From assembly GCA_963693055.1 (NCBI GenBank), contig OY843751.1:1024001-1088000 (forward strand): 64,000 nucleotides of DNA, given 5' to 3'. Below are positions 59,056 to 64,000 of this stretch, piece after piece. Numbering within the stretch: the stretch's first letter is position 1; each line of letters opens with the position of its first letter. The position numbers and the translations under genes were made by a program. The stretch comes from a bacterium (lineage in GTDB: Bacteria > Zhuqueibacterota > Zhuqueibacteria > Residuimicrobiales > Krinioviventaceae). The notes under the pieces are model-generated. The model was not told the DNA's origin and searched no databases. It saw only the letters and a program-made list of their open reading frames with translations.

Positions 59056-62000
59056 ATGAAATTAAATATAGTATTCTTGCTAATAGGATTTATGATTGCT
59101 TTTGTTTTTGCCGGGCCTGAATTTGATACCGGGGTGCATGAAAAACTGGCCAAGGCAAAAGAACAACGTGTTCGTAACATGTTGAGACAAGAGCAAGCGC
59201 TCCCGGATGTTGAAACTGTTCATGCAATTGATATTGTGCATTATGATCTGCAGCTTGATTTTGATATCAATGCCAAGGTTTTGTATGGTAAAGTTGGTGT
59301 TACAGCATTGGTAAATGTAGACGCTATCTCCATGATGGGCTTGAACATGTGGGATGGATTGGTTGTAGATTCTATTGTTGTGAGTGAAACACAACAACTT
59401 TTAAATTATTCAATCAAAGGTGCGTTTGACATGCTTATGATCAGCCTGGATCGTGAATATCGTGCGGGTGAGTATATTCAATTTCAGGTTGTTTATCATG
59501 GGAAACCTCAAAATTCAGGATACAGGGCTTTTGATTTTTCCGGTAACGGTAACAGTACAAATATCTGGTCTTTGAGTGAGCCTTTTGGCGCTAGAAGCTG
59601 GTGGCCATGTAGAGATACACCTTCAGATAAAGCAGATTCCGTTGATATTCATTTGACTGTACCCAACAATATGATTGCAGTATCAAATGGAACGCTCCGT
59701 TCAGCGGAGAACCACGGCGAGAAAACTACCTGGTGGTGGCATGAGCAATATCCTATAACAACTTATCTAGTTTCAGTTGCAATCCATGAATATGAAATCC
59801 ATTATGATAACTATATTTATAATGATGGTGCCGATACCATGGCTATTGAATTTTATAACTATCCGGGCAATTACCAGGCGCAAAAAAAAGATCTGGATAA
59901 AGTCAAACACATGATAGAATTCCTGTCTGATATATATGGCCAATACCCGTTTATCAAAGAAAAATATGGTCACGCGGATTATGGCGGGGGAGGAGCAATG
60001 GAACACCAAACCTGCTCTTCTTTTAGTTTTTGGGGTGAGGAAGTATTTGTGCATGAACTTGCGCATCAATGGTGCGGAGATCTGATTACTTGTGATTCCT
60101 GGGAGCACATTTGGCTGAACGAAGGATTTGCAACCTATAGTGAAGCTTTATGGTATGAACATGCATATACTAATGTTACTGCAAGCAAATACCAAATGAG
60201 AACGGTTGGCGCAGTGGGGGAAGGTACCGTAATAGTTGAAGATCCCTTGAACGATCGTATTTTTGATGCAGGATTGTCATACAACAAGGGATCATGGATT
60301 TTGCATATGCTGCGTCATGTTGTAGGGGACAGTTCATTTTTTAATATCATGAAATACTATTTTGGAGAGTCAGAGTATAGATTTAATTCCGCTACAACAG
60401 AGCAGTTTAGAGACCTATGTGAACAGATTTCCGGAATGGACTTGGATACATTTTTTCATCAATGGATATATGAACCGGGAAGACCTGTTTATCAGGTGTT
60501 TTGGGATTGGGAGCCGTTGCCGGACGAAACATATCGAGTGTTTGGATTTTTAAAACAGGTGCAGACTTTGGGGCCTGTTTTTGAAATGCCAATTGATATA
60601 ACCATTTTACAACCAACGCTGGATACATTGATTACGATACAGAATAATATCTCTGAGCAACCTTTTGAATTTATTGTTCAGGATGTTCCGCTGGGGGTTA
60701 TTGTTGATAAAGATAACTGGATCCTCAAGGAGGTAGAGTATCTCTCTCGGCCTGACATAAAAATAGATTCAATAGTCGTTACAGAATCTTTGGGCAATCA
60801 AAATGGTGTGCCTGAAGCGGGTGAACAAATTTATATGCAAATTCAGATTGAGAATTTGAATCGGCGTTTAAAATCAGTCGACTTTTTACTCTCATCAGAT
60901 GAAGAATCTGTAGAAATTCTGGAAAATACCTGGCAGGTGAGTGATTGGATCAAAGGTGATATCATGGGTAATGACCCTCTTGAAATTAAAATGAATATTA
61001 CAGATAAAGCTTATCCGCATCTTGTTAAATTTAAAATGCAACTTTTAACAGATGGGGATTTTGAATTAAATTATTATTTTTATTTTCCTATAGGAATTGA
61101 ACCTTTATTATATGTTGATGACAGCAATTCTTTAGAGTCTCAGCTTTATTTTGAAACTTTATTGAAAAGATACAATATTTTCTATGAAAAATGGGAAACA
61201 GCATTGCAAGGTCCGCCGGAATTAGACGACAAGCTTATGGTTATCTGGTCTACCGGAAATGAGACTGATAGTACGTTTACAACTAGGGAGCAAGGTGTAA
61301 TTCGCGAATACCTTGATAAAGGTGGCAGAATGTTGATATGTGGTCAACATATAGGTTTTGATCTGGTTGAAAACGGAACCGTAGAGGATTCTCTGTTTTA
61401 TTCCAATATTCTCAATGCCGAATACGCGGGACGTGAAACAGATTTTAGATATCTTTACGGCATTGGGAATACGCTATTTGAAAACAGTGTATTGCTAAGC
61501 TTATTGCAGGACAAGAGTAATTATAATTTCAGTGATTACCCGGAAATAATTGTTCCAATGCATACGGAAGATCGATTGTTTAAATATAACAATACAGCCA
61601 ATACATCCGGGATATATTTTCATAATGAAATAAATGATTCAAAGCTGATATATCTTTCATTTGGTCTTGAGGGTATTTCCACATTATATGATCCAAATGC
61701 AATGCAGAAATTTGTAAATGGTACCTTGATGTGGTTTATGGATTCATCCAAACCTGTAACGTTTTTAACAGAAGAGAAGGAAAATCTATTGGATTATAAA
61801 TTGGGTGATAATTATCCCAATCCCTTTAATCCTGAAACAATAATCTCTTTTACGCTTTCCAGAACAGAACAGGTAACGCTTGAAATATTTGACATTACCG
61901 GTCGCAAAGTCACAACACTATATAATAAAGTTGCTGCACCTGGTGAATATTCTGTTAACTGGACGGGTAAAGATATGAATGGAACACAGATGCCCAGTGG

Positions 62001-62067
62001 TACGTATTTCTACCGACTTGAGAGCAAATCGTTTAGTGAAACGAAAAAATTATTGCTGTTACGGTAA
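59056..62067 (+). CDS. M1-family aminopeptidase with C-terminal extension and sorting domain
   Basis: ARSWWPC; GGAMEH; HELAHQW-x-WLNEGFATY; YNKGSW; NYPNPFNP...SGTYFY. Confidence 0.93.
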   Translation: MKLNIVFLLIGFMIAFVFAGPEFDTGVHEKLAKAKEQRVRNMLRQEQALPDVETVHAIDIVHYDLQLDFDINAKVLYGKVGVTALVNVDAISMMGLNMWDGLVVDSIVVSETQQLLNYSIKGAFDMLMISLDREYRAGEYIQFQVVYHGKPQNSGYRAFDFSGNGNSTNIWSLSEPFGARSWWPCRDTPSDKADSVDIHLTVPNNMIAVSNGTLRSAENHGEKTTWWWHEQYPITTYLVSVAIHEYEIHYDNYIYNDGADTMAIEFYNYPGNYQAQKKDLDKVKHMIEFLSDIYGQYPFIKEKYGHADYGGGGAMEHQTCSSFSFWGEEVFVHELAHQWCGDLITCDSWEHIWLNEGFATYSEALWYEHAYTNVTASKYQMRTVGAVGEGTVIVEDPLNDRIFDAGLSYNKGSWILHMLRHVVGDSSFFNIMKYYFGESEYRFNSATTEQFRDLCEQISGMDLDTFFHQWIYEPGRPVYQVFWDWEPLPDETYRVFGFLKQVQTLGPVFEMPIDITILQPTLDTLITIQNNISEQPFEFIVQDVPLGVIVDKDNWILKEVEYLSRPDIKIDSIVVTESLGNQNGVPEAGEQIYMQIQIENLNRRLKSVDFLLSSDEESVEILENTWQVSDWIKGDIMGNDPLEIKMNITDKAYPHLVKFKMQLLTDGDFELNYYFYFPIGIEPLLYVDDSNSLESQLYFETLLKRYNIFYEKWETALQGPPELDDKLMVIWSTGNETDSTFTTREQGVIREYLDKGGRMLICGQHIGFDLVENGTVEDSLFYSNILNAEYAGRETDFRYLYGIGNTLFENSVLLSLLQDKSNYNFSDYPEIIVPMHTEDRLFKYNNTANTSGIYFHNEINDSKLIYLSFGLEGISTLYDPNAMQKFVNGTLMWFMDSSKPVTFLTEEKENLLDYKLGDNYPNPFNPETIISFTLSRTEQVTLEIFDITGRKVTTLYNKVAAPGEYSVNWTGKDMNGTQMPSGTYFYRLESKSFSETKKLLLLR

Positions 62068-62147
62068 GCAGTTTATCAGGCACAATTCTTTGGTTAGAAA
62101 CAGGTAGTCCGATTTTTCTTGCAATTTTGTATTAATATAATTAATAT

Positions 62148-62570
62148 ATGAAGTTAAACTTGTTTTGGGTGAACATTAAAAATAAGGGGAATGTTATGTT
62201 TTTATATGGTCTGGTACCCGGTTTATTTGCAGGTTTAGTATGGGTATGGTATTCAAGTAAATATGAACTGTATCCGGAAAATAAATTAAGCCAGTTTGAT
62301 AGAAAAGTTTTGTCCATTCTTGGCTTTGGTGCATTGTTGTTGATAGCGGGGCCCATAAGTATATATTTTTATTCTCTACGGTATGTAGGCTCGGGTAATT
62401 CTGCTTTTTGGGACCATTTATTTGTTTTAGGAGTTCCAATAATTATTTTAAATTTGATGAATTTAAAAAACATTAACAGGAATAAATTGATTCAATTTAT
62501 GTTTTCAGGACTAATTGTTTTAATATTTGGATTTGTTACACCTTTGATGTTTACGATACAGAACCACTGA
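62148..62570 (+). CDS. Hypothetical membrane protein (start may be 62196)
   Basis: Four hydrophobic segments; AT-rich. Confidence 0.6.
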   Translation: MKLNLFWVNIKNKGNVMFLYGLVPGLFAGLVWVWYSSKYELYPENKLSQFDRKVLSILGFGALLLIAGPISIYFYSLRYVGSGNSAFWDHLFVLGVPIIILNLMNLKNINRNKLIQFMFSGLIVLIFGFVTPLMFTIQNH

Positions 62571-62585
62571 TTGGAGTAAAAAAAA

Positions 62586-64000
62586 TTGTTACGGCGTTGG
62601 GATGCGGTTATTGTTGTTATATTGACTATGGTATTTACAGTATTGTACGCAAGTACTCCTGCTGAAGATTATGATAAAGTGCAATCAAGACTGGCACAGG
62701 GATGGAACACCTGGAACACGCACAGTTTATTGTCGCATGTGTTATTACCCCATGGTTTGGCCGTAAATATTGGTCTGAAATATTCCGGGGTTGAAGGTGA
62801 CTCTTTTTTGAATTCTCCCCTTGTTGAACAAGAAAAAGAAAATGCAGTTATTCAATTCGGTCCGCATGCCTGGGACGGCAGCTATACTGAATTGATTGTA
62901 ACATGGCAGGGTGCACGTATCAAGGTACAAAGCGCGGTAGAAAATCGTGATTGGTACATATTGCTTTCCCCCGAGATAAAAGCTGACAGACCATTGATTG
63001 CTTACGCAGAGGCAGGTATGCTGTGGAACTTTTCAGGATCAGTGGCATTTGCAGGAGATCATGTTGAAGCGGTTTTTCCTGATTCTTTGGTAAATATTTA
63101 TGCATCTGGACAATTACTCGTTGATGCGGGTTTACCGGTTTTGTCTCCATATTTGGCAATCCGTTTGGATAATGCTGTTGGTTTCTGTACCGGTGCACAA
63201 AAAAGTATATCTGAAATACAATCTGTGATTAACCAGAAAAAAATGGATCTTGATGCCGCTGCGCAAAAGTTTGGAAATTCATCAGATGCGTATCTTGCAA
63301 TGCAAAGCGTTGTAGCCTGGAATACCATTTATGACGCGGGTAAAAAAAGGGTTATTACTACTCCTGATCGGCTTCAAAACAAGATCAATGGTGGTTGGGC
63401 ATTGAATGCTACGGATATTTTTTATTCAGCTTTAATGACATTACCGGATTATAAAGATCTGGCCTTGGCAAATATTGTTGAAATATTGCGTGAAAATACC
63501 GAATTGGGATTTGTACCCGCAACCGTGTGTGCTAATGGTAAAACCACCCTGGACCGCTCTGCATTACCGCTTGGGTCGACTGCTGTATTGAAATATTTTA
63601 AAAAATATAAAGAAAAGTGGCTTTTGGAACTGGTCTTTCAAGAGCTTTTGACCTGGAACCGTTGGTGGGATATTTACAGGAATTATGACGGACTGCTAAG
63701 TTGGGGTTCTAATCCTTATTCGGACCCCTTTAATGACCCTGCCAGAGGTAATTTGCGGGCTGCAATTTTAGAATCGGGTACAGTTAACTCTCCCATGTAT
63801 GATCTTGTTCCTTTTAACGATAAAACACAATTGATGGAATTGTGGGATGTGGGTTTAAACAGTCTATATGTAATGGATTGTAAAGCGTTGGCGGAAATTG
63901 CAGTAACATTAGGCAAGACTTCTGAAGAGCGTGAGCTCCGTATGCGTGGTGAACAATATGCTGATAATATTGAAAGATTATGGGATGATAAAGCCGGATT
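62586..64000 (+). CDS. GH63/MGH1/trehalase-like (alpha/alpha)6 glycoside-hydrolase homolog (3' end beyond window)
   Basis: Not in the ORF track because it is truncated. Manual translation from TTG 62586 (GGAG RBS): signal peptide, LAQGWNTWN..LLSHVLLP, AWNTIYD, DRSALP, WNRWW...DGLLSWGS, ESGTVNSPMYD, DVGLNSLY. Confidence 0.8.
   Translation, partial: MLRRWDAVIVVILTMVFTVLYASTPAEDYDKVQSRLAQGWNTWNTHSLLSHVLLPHGLAVNIGLKYSGVEGDSFLNSPLVEQEKENAVIQFGPHAWDGSYTELIVTWQGARIKVQSAVENRDWYILLSPEIKADRPLIAYAEAGMLWNFSGSVAFAGDHVEAVFPDSLVNIYASGQLLVDAGLPVLSPYLAIRLDNAVGFCTGAQKSISEIQSVINQKKMDLDAAAQKFGNSSDAYLAMQSVVAWNTIYDAGKKRVITTPDRLQNKINGGWALNATDIFYSALMTLPDYKDLALANIVEILRENTELGFVPATVCANGKTTLDRSALPLGSTAVLKYFKKYKEKWLLELVFQELLTWNRWWDIYRNYDGLLSWGSNPYSDPFNDPARGNLRAAILESGTVNSPMYDLVPFNDKTQLMELWDVGLNSLYVMDCKALAEIAVTLGKTSEERELRMRGEQYADNIERLWDDKAG

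Noticed and set aside
1-64000. CRISPR arrays, tRNA/rRNA genes, IS elements, prophage genes
   Set aside because: No regularly spaced short repeats, cloverleaf or rRNA-like segments, or transposase/integrase/phage motifs found by eye; a covariance-model scan was not possible.

Overview
AT-rich bacterial chromosomal window. Six secreted proteins carry a C-terminal 'YPNPFN...' FlgD-Ig/T9SS-type sorting domain, which suggests an FCB-group organism such as KSB1 or Calditrichota (inferred from gene content only). Most of the window is nutrient-scavenging and housekeeping genes: transporters, glycoside hydrolases, peptidases, two tandem chemoreceptors and a cytochrome c-fused bd-like oxidase pair. 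I saw no rRNA, tRNA, CRISPR array, transposase, integrase or reverse transcriptase. The stand-out region is 35.6-41.6 kb, which I do not recognise as a described system. Its order is: orphan HisKA_2 kinase; exported protein A1; 10-Cys secreted peptide P1 (split by a 1-nt frameshift); protein A2 (near-identical to A1 except for a divergent ~86-aa central block); 10-Cys peptides P2 and P3; membrane-anchored CxxC TlpA-like thioredoxin; CxxC plus flavinylation-motif (FMN_bind-like) protein. Each of the three peptide genes is bracketed by complementary 5'-UTR and 3'-UTR arms. These arms show G-U wobbles and compensatory base changes, i.e. a conserved long-range RNA helix that loops out the whole CDS. 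Other oddities: a lipoprotein serine protease split at an A8 tract, a GH63/trehalase-like protein lacking the catalytic Asp, a decayed sorting-domain relic, sigma54-like boxes before both chemoreceptors, and an orphan groES.
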